NCBI GenBank assembly: GCA_017959645.1
Contig: JAGDAE010000205.1
Coordinates: 1-31,556, forward strand
DNA: 31,556 bases
Direction of reading: 5' to 3'
From: Kiritimatiellia bacterium
Lineage (GTDB): Bacteria > Verrucomicrobiota > Kiritimatiellia > RFP12 > UBA1067
In this document: one piece after another, positions 12,586 through 20,735 of the stretch
Layout of the letters: every line of letters starts with the position of its first letter
How positions within the stretch are numbered: the stretch's first letter is position 1
The notes under the pieces: model-generated
Databases searched by the model: none
What the model was told of the DNA's origin: nothing
The model's input: only the letters and a program-made list of their open reading frames with translations
Program-made: the position numbers and the translations under genes

Positions 12586-12637
12586 CGCAACATGCAACCG
12601 GAACCCGGCGTCGCGCCGGGAAACGAAAGGAACGCAG

Positions 12638-13057
12638 ATGGGAAACTTCAAGACGATAGACGATGCGAGGGAGTATTTTTCGCGCGACCGTTTCGCGACG
12701 GAGAACGGCATCTCCCTCGATGAACTGGACGCGGAACGCTCCGTCGCGAGCATGACGATATGCGAGCGGCACCGCAATGCGTTCGGCGGCGTGATGGGCG
12801 GCGCGATATTCACGCTTGCCGATTTCGCGTTCGCCGCGCTCACCAACGACCGCGAACGGCTGACCGTCGCCCAGCAGACGAGCGTGAACTATCTCTCGCC
12901 GGCCAAAGGGGGGCGGCTGATCGCGACGGCCCGCTACAAAAAGGACGGACGGAATTCGTGCGTGGTCAACGTCGACGTGGCCGACGACACCGGCCGCGCG
13001 ATTGCCCAGTTCGTCGGCACCGGATTCAAACTCGATGCGAAAGGAGCGGATAGATGA
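12638..13057 (+). CDS. PaaI-family (hotdog-fold) thioesterase
   Basis: RBS AAAGGA before ATG 12638, within ORF 12470..13057. HRNAFGGVMGGAIFTLADFAFA motif; 139 aa. Confidence 0.88.
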   Translation: MGNFKTIDDAREYFSRDRFATENGISLDELDAERSVASMTICERHRNAFGGVMGGAIFTLADFAFAALTNDRERLTVAQQTSVNYLSPAKGGRLIATARYKKDGRNSCVVNVDVADDTGRAIAQFVGTGFKLDAKGADR

Positions 13058-13512
13058 AGATCGTGCAGACGATGGCGGTCGCCGCATTCGCGGCGGCGCT
13101 TGCCGGGTGCGCGTCGACCGGTCCGGCGTTCCGCGAACACAAAGGAGCGACGGAGGTTTCGGTTACCGAACTCGCGCGCACGTCGCAGAGTTGGGACGGC
13201 GTGGAACTGCCCGATTACCCGGCCGGACGCCCGGAACTCGTGATCAGGCGCTACGTGTTCCCCGGCGGCAGCAGGCTCGGCTGGCATCATCATCCCGTCA
13301 TGAACTACGGCATCGTGCAGCAGGGGGAACTGACGATCGTCGGACTGGATGGGAAGGAGAAGACCGTCAGGGCCGGCGAAGCGGTGGTAGAGATGGTCGG
13401 GACGATCCACCATGGGGAGAATCGCGGCGACAAGGCCGTCGTTCTGGACATGTTCTACATTTCGAGGAAGGACGAACCGCTCGCTGTCCAGCATCCAGAA
13501 ATCGGCCAATGA
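13054..13512 (+). CDS. Cupin-domain lipoprotein
   Basis: Lipobox LAG-C at Cys19. Cupin motifs GWHHHPVMNYG..QGEL and EMVGTIHHGEN. ATGA overlap with the upstream gene. Confidence 0.85.
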   Translation: MKIVQTMAVAAFAAALAGCASTGPAFREHKGATEVSVTELARTSQSWDGVELPDYPAGRPELVIRRYVFPGGSRLGWHHHPVMNYGIVQQGELTIVGLDGKEKTVRAGEAVVEMVGTIHHGENRGDKAVVLDMFYISRKDEPLAVQHPEIGQ

Positions 13513-13591
13513 CCGGGGCGTCGCGGCATGAATCGATGGTATAGGTTGAGGTTATGGGTCGGCTGAAAGATTTCCGATTGTCCTTTGGCCG

Positions 13592-13615
13592 GCGGGATGT
13601 GATACAATATCCCGC
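13592..13615 (+). promoter_or_regulatory. cysK promoter (extended -10 TGA-TACAAT) embedded in a 7-bp inverted repeat
   Basis: GCGGGAT-GTGATACAAT-ATCCCGC, with TACAAT at 13603-13608. RBS AAAGGAG precedes ATG 13657. Confidence 0.6.
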
Positions 13616-13656
13616 GTCAACCGAAAACGGCCGTCGGGCCGAGAAAGGAGCATAAA

Positions 13657-14580
13657 ATGGGCAAAGCTGCAAAGAATATTCTGGAGAAAGTGGGCGGAAC
13701 CCCGCTTGTCGAAATCTCCGGAAAACTGAACAAAGGCGGGGCGAAAGTTCTCGCCAAGGTCGAATTTTTCAATCCGGGCGGCAGCGTCAAGGACCGTATC
13801 GCGCTCGCGATGGTCGAGGCGGCGGAGAAGGACGGAACCCTGAAGCCCGGCGCGACGATCATCGAGCCGACCAGCGGCAACACCGGCGTGGGACTGGCGC
13901 TGGTCAGTGCGGTGAAGGGCTACCATCTCGTGCTGACGATGCCGGAGACGATGTCGATCGAGCGCCGCAAGCTCGCCGCGGCGTACGGTGCGGAAATCGT
14001 CCTCACGCCAGGCGCAGAGGGGATGAAGGGCGCGATCGCCAAGGCGGAGGCGCTTCGCGAGTCCACTCCTGGCGCGGTGATCCTGCAGCAGTTCGAGAAT
14101 CCGGCCAATCCGGCCAAGCACGAGGCGACGACGGGCCCGGAAATCTGGGCGGACACCGATGGCGAAGTCGCCGCTTTCGTGTCTGGCGTCGGAACCGGCG
14201 GCACGCTCTCCGGCGCGGGGCGCTACCTCAAGTCGAAGAATCCGGAAATCAAGATCTTCGCGGTCGAGCCGGATACCAGCCCGGTGCTCTCGGAAGGCAA
14301 GGCCGGTCCGCACAAGATACAGGGAATCGGCGCGGGGTTCGTGCCCAAGACTCTCGACACTTCCGTCTACGACGAAGTGGTCAAGGTCAGCGCCGAGAAC
14401 GCCGGCGCGGCCGCGCGCGCGGCGGCGGCGAACGACGGGCTGCTGGTCGGTATCTCGTCCGGAGCCGCCTTGTGGACCGCGCTGGAGCTTTCGAAGCGGC
14501 CGGAGTTCGCCGGCAAGACGATAGTCGCGCTTCTGCCCGACACCGGCGAGAGGTATCTATCGACCTGGCTGTTCGAATAG
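13657..14580 (+). CDS. cysK: Cysteine synthase A (O-acetylserine sulfhydrylase)
   Basis: PLP lysine motif NPGGSVKDRIA, EPTSGNTG, GVGTGGT, HKIQGIGAGF, PDTGERYLST. Confidence 0.97.
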   Translation: MGKAAKNILEKVGGTPLVEISGKLNKGGAKVLAKVEFFNPGGSVKDRIALAMVEAAEKDGTLKPGATIIEPTSGNTGVGLALVSAVKGYHLVLTMPETMSIERRKLAAAYGAEIVLTPGAEGMKGAIAKAEALRESTPGAVILQQFENPANPAKHEATTGPEIWADTDGEVAAFVSGVGTGGTLSGAGRYLKSKNPEIKIFAVEPDTSPVLSEGKAGPHKIQGIGAGFVPKTLDTSVYDEVVKVSAENAGAAARAAAANDGLLVGISSGAALWTALELSKRPEFAGKTIVALLPDTGERYLSTWLFE

Positions 14581-15656
14581 TGTCTCCGCTGCTGGAGAAG
14601 GCGGCCGCCAAGCCGCTCGCGCTGACGCGCCGGGAACTGGCCGGGATTCTGGCCTGGCCCGACGCGGAAGCCCTTTTTTCGGCAGCATATGCGGTGAAAA
14701 TCCGCGAAATCGGGCGCGCCGTATCCTTCAGAGGCCTGATAGAGTTCTCCAACATCTGCGCCAAAGACTGCTTCTACTGCGGAATCAGAAAAAGCAATGC
14801 CGGGACGAACCGCTACCGGATGGACGCGGACGAGATCGTGCGCGAGGCTAGATGGGCGTTCGACGCCGGGTACGGCAGCATTGTTCTGCAGTCGGGGGAG
14901 ATCGAGAGCGAGGAGAATACGGAATTCGTCGAGAACGTCCTCAGGCGCATACGGGCGTTCGGCGGCGACGGGTTCGGGGTTACTGCGAGCCTCGGCGAAC
15001 AGACGGAAGAAACCTACCGCCGCTGGCGCGAGGCGGGAGCGCACCGGTATCTGCTCAGGATCGAGACGTCGAATCCCGCGCTTTACGCGAAACTGCATCC
15101 TGCCAGCCATTCGTGGGAACGGCGCCGCGATTGCCTTCGCGCGCTGAGGCGCTGCGGATACCAGGTCGGAAGCGGGGTGATGGCCGGGCTGCCCGGGCAG
15201 ACGCTGGACGATCTTGCCGCAGATATCGAATTCTTCGCCGCCGAAGATCTGGACATGATCGGAATGGGGCCGTACGTACCCCACTCCGGAACGCCGCTCG
15301 GCAAAGACGCGCCATGGACGCCGCAGGTGCGTAAAGAGCGGCTGGAACTCGGGTTGCGGATGATCGCGGCGACCCGGCTCTATCTGCACGACGTCAACAT
15401 CGCGGCGGCAACCGCATTGCAGGCAATCGACCCGGAGGGACGCGAGAAGGGGCTTCTCGCCGGAGCCAACGTGATCATGCCGAACATGACCGGCGCGCGC
15501 TATCGCGCAGACTACCGGCTCTACGACGGCAAGCCGTGCGTCGGGGAAGACGCGGAGACGTGCCGAGACTGCATCGGACGGCGCATTGCCGCTCTCGGCG
15601 AGACGGTGCTTACGAACGCGAGAGGCGATTCTCCGCATTGGAGGAAACGATGGTGA
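14580..15656 (+). CDS. hydE: [FeFe]-hydrogenase maturase HydE-like radical SAM enzyme
   Basis: GTG 14580 overlaps the cysK stop. RGLIEFSNIC, CxxxCxxC (CAKDCFYC), YLLRIET, DMIGMGPY, GANVIMPN, YRLYDGK, and a C-terminal CX7CX2C (CVGEDAETCRDC). Confidence 0.85.
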   Translation: MSPLLEKAAAKPLALTRRELAGILAWPDAEALFSAAYAVKIREIGRAVSFRGLIEFSNICAKDCFYCGIRKSNAGTNRYRMDADEIVREARWAFDAGYGSIVLQSGEIESEENTEFVENVLRRIRAFGGDGFGVTASLGEQTEETYRRWREAGAHRYLLRIETSNPALYAKLHPASHSWERRRDCLRALRRCGYQVGSGVMAGLPGQTLDDLAADIEFFAAEDLDMIGMGPYVPHSGTPLGKDAPWTPQVRKERLELGLRMIAATRLYLHDVNIAAATALQAIDPEGREKGLLAGANVIMPNMTGARYRADYRLYDGKPCVGEDAETCRDCIGRRIAALGETVLTNARGDSPHWRKRW

Positions 15657-17386
15657 ACGAGGAAGGAATATCCCGAGAGGAGGCACTGGCGCTGCTGAAG
15701 CCGGAGCGCCGGGCGGAACTGCGCGAACGGGCGCACGCGACGACGCTCGCCTGCGTCGAAAAACGGTTCGATTTCTGTTCGATAATCAATGCGCGATCGG
15801 GAGGCTGCACCGAAGACTGCAAATGGTGCGCACAGTCCGCACGCTGGAAAACCGGCTGCGAAACCTACGGCTGGGTCGGCGCCAAGGCGTGCGTAGAGGC
15901 GGCCAGGGCGGCAGAAGCGAACGGCGCCGATAGGATAGGCATCGTCACTTCCGGACGGCGCCTTTCGCCCGGCGACGTCGAAAAAGTCTGCGAGGCGCTG
16001 CGCGAAATGCGCAAGGCGACGGATATCGGCCTTTGCGGTTCGCTGGGTCTGCTCTCCGAAGAGGATCTCGTCCGGTTCAAGGCGGCTGGGTTGCAGCGCG
16101 TGCATTGCAACATCGAGACCGCGCCGTCGCTTTTTCCGTCGCTCTGCTCCACGCATGCGACTGGGGACAAGCTCAAGACGATCCGGGCGGCGAAGCGGCT
16201 AGGGTTCCAGATATGCTGCGGCGGCATAATCGGCATGGGCGAAAGCGACGAGCAGCTGGTCGAATTCGCATTTGCCCTCAAAGAGATCGCGCCTGATTCG
16301 ATTCCGGTGAACGTTCTGCATCCGGTAGAGGGAACACCGCTCGGGAACAATGGTATTCCAGACCCCGAGCGCGTAATCGATTCGGTGGCCATTCTGCGGC
16401 TCGTAAACCCATCGACGCCGCTGCGTTTCGCGGGCGGCAGGCGGGACATGTCGGACGAAACGGCGGCGAAGTGCGTCTACGTTGGAATGTCGGCCGGCAT
16501 CGCAGGTCCGCTGCTGACGACGCCGGGCGCCGATTTCGACGACGACCGGGAACTAGCCGTGCGCGCTGGCTATGCCGTCGGCGGAGGGAGCGCGGCCAAA
16601 CTTGAACGCCTGCGCGCCGCATTGCGCGAAGCGGGCAGCGCCGTCGTCGCATTCTCGGCCGGCGTCGATTCGACTTTCCTCCTGCGCGTCGCCAAAGACG
16701 AGCTCGCAGACCGCGTCGTCGCCGCGACAATACGCTCGCCAGCGATGCCGGCACGGGAGATTGAAGAGGCGGTTGCATTCTGCCGCGCGGAGAAGATACG
16801 CCATGAAATCGTCGATATCGACGAGCTTGCGGTGCCAGGATTCGCGGAGAATACGCCGGAGCGATGCTATTTCTGCAAGAAGGCGGTGTTCGAAAGGATT
16901 CTCGAACTTGCGAGACGGAACGGAATCGGAAAGGTGCTGGAGGGGTCGAATCTCGACGACGATCGCGACTGGCGTCCAGGCCGGCGCGCGATCGCAGAGC
17001 TTGGCATCGGAAGCCCGCTCCGCGATGCGAGACTGACGAAAGCGGAAATCCGCCAACTTTCAAAGCGGCTCGGGCTTGCGACCGCCGGTAAGCCGTCGTT
17101 CGCCTGTCTCGCCTCGCGTTTTCCGTATGGCGAACGCATAACCGCGGCCGGACTTGAACGGGTGGAAAAGGCGGAGCGATGGCTCCTCGGCGCCGGGTTC
17201 GGACTTTCCCAGTTGCGCGTGCGTTCGCACGGGAACATGGCCCGTATAGAAGTTCCGACTCCGGACATTCCGCGTCTCGCTGCCAAAGCGGGCGAAATCG
17301 CCGTCGCGCTGGAGAGATTGGGGTTCGCATATGTTTCGCTCGATCTGCGGGGCTATCGCTCTGGCAGCATGAACGAGACGCTGTAG
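15650..17386 (+). CDS. bioB: Biotin synthase BioB (aa ~1-310) fused to LarE-type ATP-dependent sulfur transferase (aa ~317-578)
   Basis: BioB half: SIINARSGGCTEDCKWCAQS, LCGSLG, CCGGIIGMGE, SIPVN, LRFAGGR, LLTT. LarE half: PP-loop AFSAGVDS, RCYFCK, GSNLDD..DWRPG, KPSFACLASRFPYG, QLRVRSH, GYRSGSMN. No stop lies between the halves. Confidence 0.92.
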   Translation: MVNEEGISREEALALLKPERRAELRERAHATTLACVEKRFDFCSIINARSGGCTEDCKWCAQSARWKTGCETYGWVGAKACVEAARAAEANGADRIGIVTSGRRLSPGDVEKVCEALREMRKATDIGLCGSLGLLSEEDLVRFKAAGLQRVHCNIETAPSLFPSLCSTHATGDKLKTIRAAKRLGFQICCGGIIGMGESDEQLVEFAFALKEIAPDSIPVNVLHPVEGTPLGNNGIPDPERVIDSVAILRLVNPSTPLRFAGGRRDMSDETAAKCVYVGMSAGIAGPLLTTPGADFDDDRELAVRAGYAVGGGSAAKLERLRAALREAGSAVVAFSAGVDSTFLLRVAKDELADRVVAATIRSPAMPAREIEEAVAFCRAEKIRHEIVDIDELAVPGFAENTPERCYFCKKAVFERILELARRNGIGKVLEGSNLDDDRDWRPGRRAIAELGIGSPLRDARLTKAEIRQLSKRLGLATAGKPSFACLASRFPYGERITAAGLERVEKAERWLLGAGFGLSQLRVRSHGNMARIEVPTPDIPRLAAKAGEIAVALERLGFAYVSLDLRGYRSGSMNETL

Positions 17387-17413
17387 CCAATCCGTCGTGG
17401 ATCCGGGAAGACG

Positions 17414-18877
17414 ATGAAACGGTTTTGCGAGGTGGAGAAGATGCTGGCGGCGCGCAAGCCCGACGGAGCGCCGCGCGGCAGGTTCTCGCCCGGCGATACG
17501 GTCGGCGAATGGAGCATATGCGCTTTTCTCGGGCGCGGACTTTCCGCCGAAGTCTACCGCGTCGTCAATCTGCGCTTCGGACAGGAGGGCGCGCTCAAGC
17601 TGCTTGTCGACGGCTCGCGCGGACTTCGCGAGCGGTTTGAGACCGAGTCGGACGCGATACGCTTTCTGTCGATGAGGACCTTGCCGCGGTTCATGGGGTC
17701 CGGCGAGGTCGGCGGCGCGCCGTACTATGTGATGGAATATCTCCGCCCGCTCCCCGATCCGATGCCGCGCCGCGAGATTCCGAAATTCATGAATGGGGTC
17801 GCGAAGGCGCTGCAGATGCTTCACGACGCGGGATATATCCACCGCGATCTCAAGCCCGGCAACGTTCTGGTGAGGGCGAACGGAGAGCCGGTTCTGATCG
17901 ATCTCGGACTGATCAAGCGGCGCGGCGAGGCGGTCGGCGATCCGATAGTCAGGCACGGACGCAATATCTCCATAATCGACGGCAAGCCGGTCGGCGTCGG
18001 CACGCTGGACTACGCCGCGCCCGAACAGCTTCTGCGTGGCGAAGCATCGGTGCAGAGCGACGTGTTCGCGCTGGGAAAGATGCTGATGGCGCTCTACGGC
18101 GGCAGACCTCCGCGCAGCGTCAGGCCAGTAATCAGATGCGCGACGAGGGAGCATCCGTCCGACCGGTACTGTTCGGCGGACGAATTCGCGACGGCGCTCC
18201 GGCACCGCAACTATTCGCGCATGGCTTTCGCGCTGATGGGCGCTACCGCGCTCGCCGCCGCCGCGCTTTTCCCGCTCTTCTGGCCGCATGTCGCCAGATT
18301 TCTGGTTCCGCTGCTCAATTCTCCGGAGCAGGTCCTCACGATCAGACAAAGGCCGGACGAGTCGGAAGCGGCGTATTTCTCGCGGATGCTCTCCCGCGCT
18401 CGGAATGGCGATTCCCAAGCGCAGATCGCGGTCGCCGAGGCGCATTTCTACGGGCGCGGCACGCCGACGAACCGCGTCGCCGCGGTAGAGTGGTACCGAA
18501 CGGCGGCGGAAGCCGGCGAAACCGATGCGCAGGCGTCGCTTGGGCTTTGCCTGTTTAGGGGGATTGGCTGCGAAAAGAACTCCGTACAGGCGGTGAAGTG
18601 GTGGAAAGCCGCCGCTGAGAAAGGCAATCTCAGCGCGATGAACGACTACGCATTCTGTCTGATGCACGGCTTCGGAGTCGGCAGAGACGTCGATGCGGCG
18701 TTCAAGTGGGCGCTGTCCGCGGCGGTGCGCGGACACGCGCCGTCGCAGACATTTGTCGGCGAATGCTATATCGACGGCCGCGGCGTGGAAAAAGACATCG
18801 ATCGCGGCGAAACATGGCTCTATCGCGCCGCCAGACAGGGCAACAAGAGAGCGCAGACGCTGCTCGAAACGAGATAA
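17414..18877 (+). CDS. Hanks-type Ser/Thr kinase with transmembrane helix and four Sel1-like repeats
   Basis: LGRGLSAEVY, ALK, HRDLKPGNV, IDLG, GTLDYAAPEQ, SDVFALG; hydrophobic ALMGATALAAAALFPLFW; four repeats of the A-x5-G-x-G-x6-A-x-x-W-x3-AA-x-x-G type. Confidence 0.9.
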   Translation: MKRFCEVEKMLAARKPDGAPRGRFSPGDTVGEWSICAFLGRGLSAEVYRVVNLRFGQEGALKLLVDGSRGLRERFETESDAIRFLSMRTLPRFMGSGEVGGAPYYVMEYLRPLPDPMPRREIPKFMNGVAKALQMLHDAGYIHRDLKPGNVLVRANGEPVLIDLGLIKRRGEAVGDPIVRHGRNISIIDGKPVGVGTLDYAAPEQLLRGEASVQSDVFALGKMLMALYGGRPPRSVRPVIRCATREHPSDRYCSADEFATALRHRNYSRMAFALMGATALAAAALFPLFWPHVARFLVPLLNSPEQVLTIRQRPDESEAAYFSRMLSRARNGDSQAQIAVAEAHFYGRGTPTNRVAAVEWYRTAAEAGETDAQASLGLCLFRGIGCEKNSVQAVKWWKAAAEKGNLSAMNDYAFCLMHGFGVGRDVDAAFKWALSAAVRGHAPSQTFVGECYIDGRGVEKDIDRGETWLYRAARQGNKRAQTLLETR

Positions 18878-18908
18878 TCGTCGAAGCGGTGCGGACGTTT
18901 GCCGCAGT

Positions 18909-18945
18909 TTCCCGCCCACGCAGGCGGCAAAATATGATACAATAC
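18909..18945 (+). promoter_or_regulatory. Putative sigma70 promoter of thrS (extended -10 TGA-TACAAT)
   Basis: AAATATGATACAATAC; 31/37 ungapped identity to the purB upstream segment. RBS AAGGAG precedes ATG 18964. Confidence 0.7.
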
Positions 18946-18963
18946 ACGCTTTCAAGGAGATTT

Positions 18964-20703
18964 ATGGCGGAAATTACAGAAGAAATGAGAAGGCACTCGG
19001 CGGCGCATCTGACTGCGCGCGCCGTGCAGAACGTTTTCGAGAACGTGCAGGTCGACATCGGACCCGCCACGGAGGACGGATTCTACTACGATTTCGATCT
19101 GGAGCATCGAATTTCACCCGAGGATTTCCCGAAGATCGAGGCGGAGATCGCGCGGCTTGTTGCGCTCGTCGAGCCGTTCGTGCGCAAGACCGTCTCCCGC
19201 GACGAATGCGCGAAACTGCTCGAGGGCCAGAAGTACAAACTCGAACGCCTCGGCGACATTCCGGAAGGCGAGGACATCTCGATCTACACCGTCGGCGACT
19301 ATGTCGAGATGTGCCGCGGTCCGCATGTGGAACACTCCGCCCAGATCGGGGTCGTCAAGCTTACGCGTGTAGCCGGCAGCTACTACCGCGGCGACGAGAA
19401 GAACAAGATGCTCCAGCGCGTGTACGGGATCGTCGCGAAGGACAAGGCCGAACTGGATGCGATAATGGCCCGCGAGGAAGAAGCCAGAAAACGCGACCAT
19501 CGCGTGCTCGGCAGACAGCTTGAACTTTTTGCGATAACCGAAAGCGTCGGACCGGGTCTCGCGCACTGGCTGCCGAAGGGCGCTCGCATCCGCGTGGCGA
19601 TCGAAGAATACTGGCGGCGCAAGCACTACGAGGCCGGCTACGAGATCGTGTACACTCCGCACGTCGGGCGCTCCAACCTCTGGCAGACGTCGGGGCATCT
19701 CGGTTTCTACCGGGAGGGGATGTTCCCGAGCATGAAAGTGCAGGAGGGGTCGGGGAACGACGCGTACATAGAAGAGTACTACGTCAAGCCGATGAACTGT
19801 CCGTTCCACATCCAGATATACCAGTTCAAGAAGCGCTCGTACAGGGATCTGCCGATGCGCCTTGCCGAGCTGGGGACGGTGTATCGCTACGAGAAGGACG
19901 GCGTCAGGCACGGACTGTTCCGCGTGCGCGGCTTCACCCAGGACGACGCGCACATTTTCTGCACGCCCGGGCAGATCGTGCAGGAGATAAGGGATACGGT
20001 CAGGTTCGCGAAGGGGATGCTCGGCAAATTCGGCTTCAGCGAGATCCAGGCGTATCTTTCGACGAAGCCGGAGAAGGCAGTCGGCGACCCCGAACGTTGG
20101 GAGCAGGCGACGCAGTCGCTGCGCGACGCGCTCGAGCAGGAGGGGATGTCCTACGAAGTCGACGAAGGCGGCGGGGCTTTCTACGGGCCGAAGATCGACA
20201 TGAAGATCAAGGATGCTCTCGGGCGGCCGTGGCAGCTGGGGACGGTGCAGTTCGATTTCAATCTGCCCGAGAGGTTCGATCTCTCGTACGTCGGCGCGGA
20301 CGGCAAGGAGCACCGGCCGTACATGGTGCACCGCGCGCTGCTCGGGTCGATAGAAAGGTTTTTCGGAATCTTGATCGAGCACTATGCCGGTGCGTTTCCG
20401 CTCTGGCTGGCGCCGGAGCAGGTCAGGATACTGCCGATTTCGGACAAGGCGCTCGACTATGCGCGGAAAGTCCAGTCGGGTCTGCGCGAGGCGGGTCTGC
20501 GGGTCGATATCGACCTGTCGGCCGAGAAACTCGGCGCGAAGATCCGCGAAGCATCTCTTCAGAAGATACCGTATCAAGTCGTGGTGGGTCCGCGCGACGA
20601 GGCGGCGGAGACGGTCTCCGTCAGATCCCGGAGCGAGGGCGACCTCGGCGCCATGAAGCTTCCCGAATTCGTCGCGAAGCTGCGGGCGGAGACGGCCTTG
20701 TGA
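18964..20703 (+). CDS. thrS: Threonyl-tRNA synthetase (579 aa, no N-terminal TGS domain)
   Basis: Editing motifs RHSAAHL and MCRGPHV; KPMNCPFH, RVRGFTQDDAH, YGPKID, QFDFNLPERF, HRALLGSIERF; anticodon-binding domain. Confidence 0.97.
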   Translation: MAEITEEMRRHSAAHLTARAVQNVFENVQVDIGPATEDGFYYDFDLEHRISPEDFPKIEAEIARLVALVEPFVRKTVSRDECAKLLEGQKYKLERLGDIPEGEDISIYTVGDYVEMCRGPHVEHSAQIGVVKLTRVAGSYYRGDEKNKMLQRVYGIVAKDKAELDAIMAREEEARKRDHRVLGRQLELFAITESVGPGLAHWLPKGARIRVAIEEYWRRKHYEAGYEIVYTPHVGRSNLWQTSGHLGFYREGMFPSMKVQEGSGNDAYIEEYYVKPMNCPFHIQIYQFKKRSYRDLPMRLAELGTVYRYEKDGVRHGLFRVRGFTQDDAHIFCTPGQIVQEIRDTVRFAKGMLGKFGFSEIQAYLSTKPEKAVGDPERWEQATQSLRDALEQEGMSYEVDEGGGAFYGPKIDMKIKDALGRPWQLGTVQFDFNLPERFDLSYVGADGKEHRPYMVHRALLGSIERFFGILIEHYAGAFPLWLAPEQVRILPISDKALDYARKVQSGLREAGLRVDIDLSAEKLGAKIREASLQKIPYQVVVGPRDEAAETVSVRSRSEGDLGAMKLPEFVAKLRAETAL

Positions 20704-20735
20704 GGAACCGATAAACTCTGACAGGAAAGGAAGAA

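Noticed and set aside
12604-12620. Hairpin CCCGGCG-TCG-CGCCGGG after the GH63-like gene as an intrinsic terminator
   Set aside because: No U-tract follows on the + strand, and a 7-bp GC stem is unremarkable at this GC content. It could still be an mRNA-stabilising stem.
14580-15656. PylB (pyrrolysine synthesis) or a second BioB as the identity of the radical SAM gene
   Set aside because: GANVIMPN, YxLYxGK and CX7CX2C fit HydE better, and no pyl genes are nearby.
18890-18910. TGCGG-N7-CCGCA-GTTT as the terminator of the kinase gene
   Set aside because: Only a 5-bp stem with a short interrupted U-run, and it overlaps the promoter-homology block.
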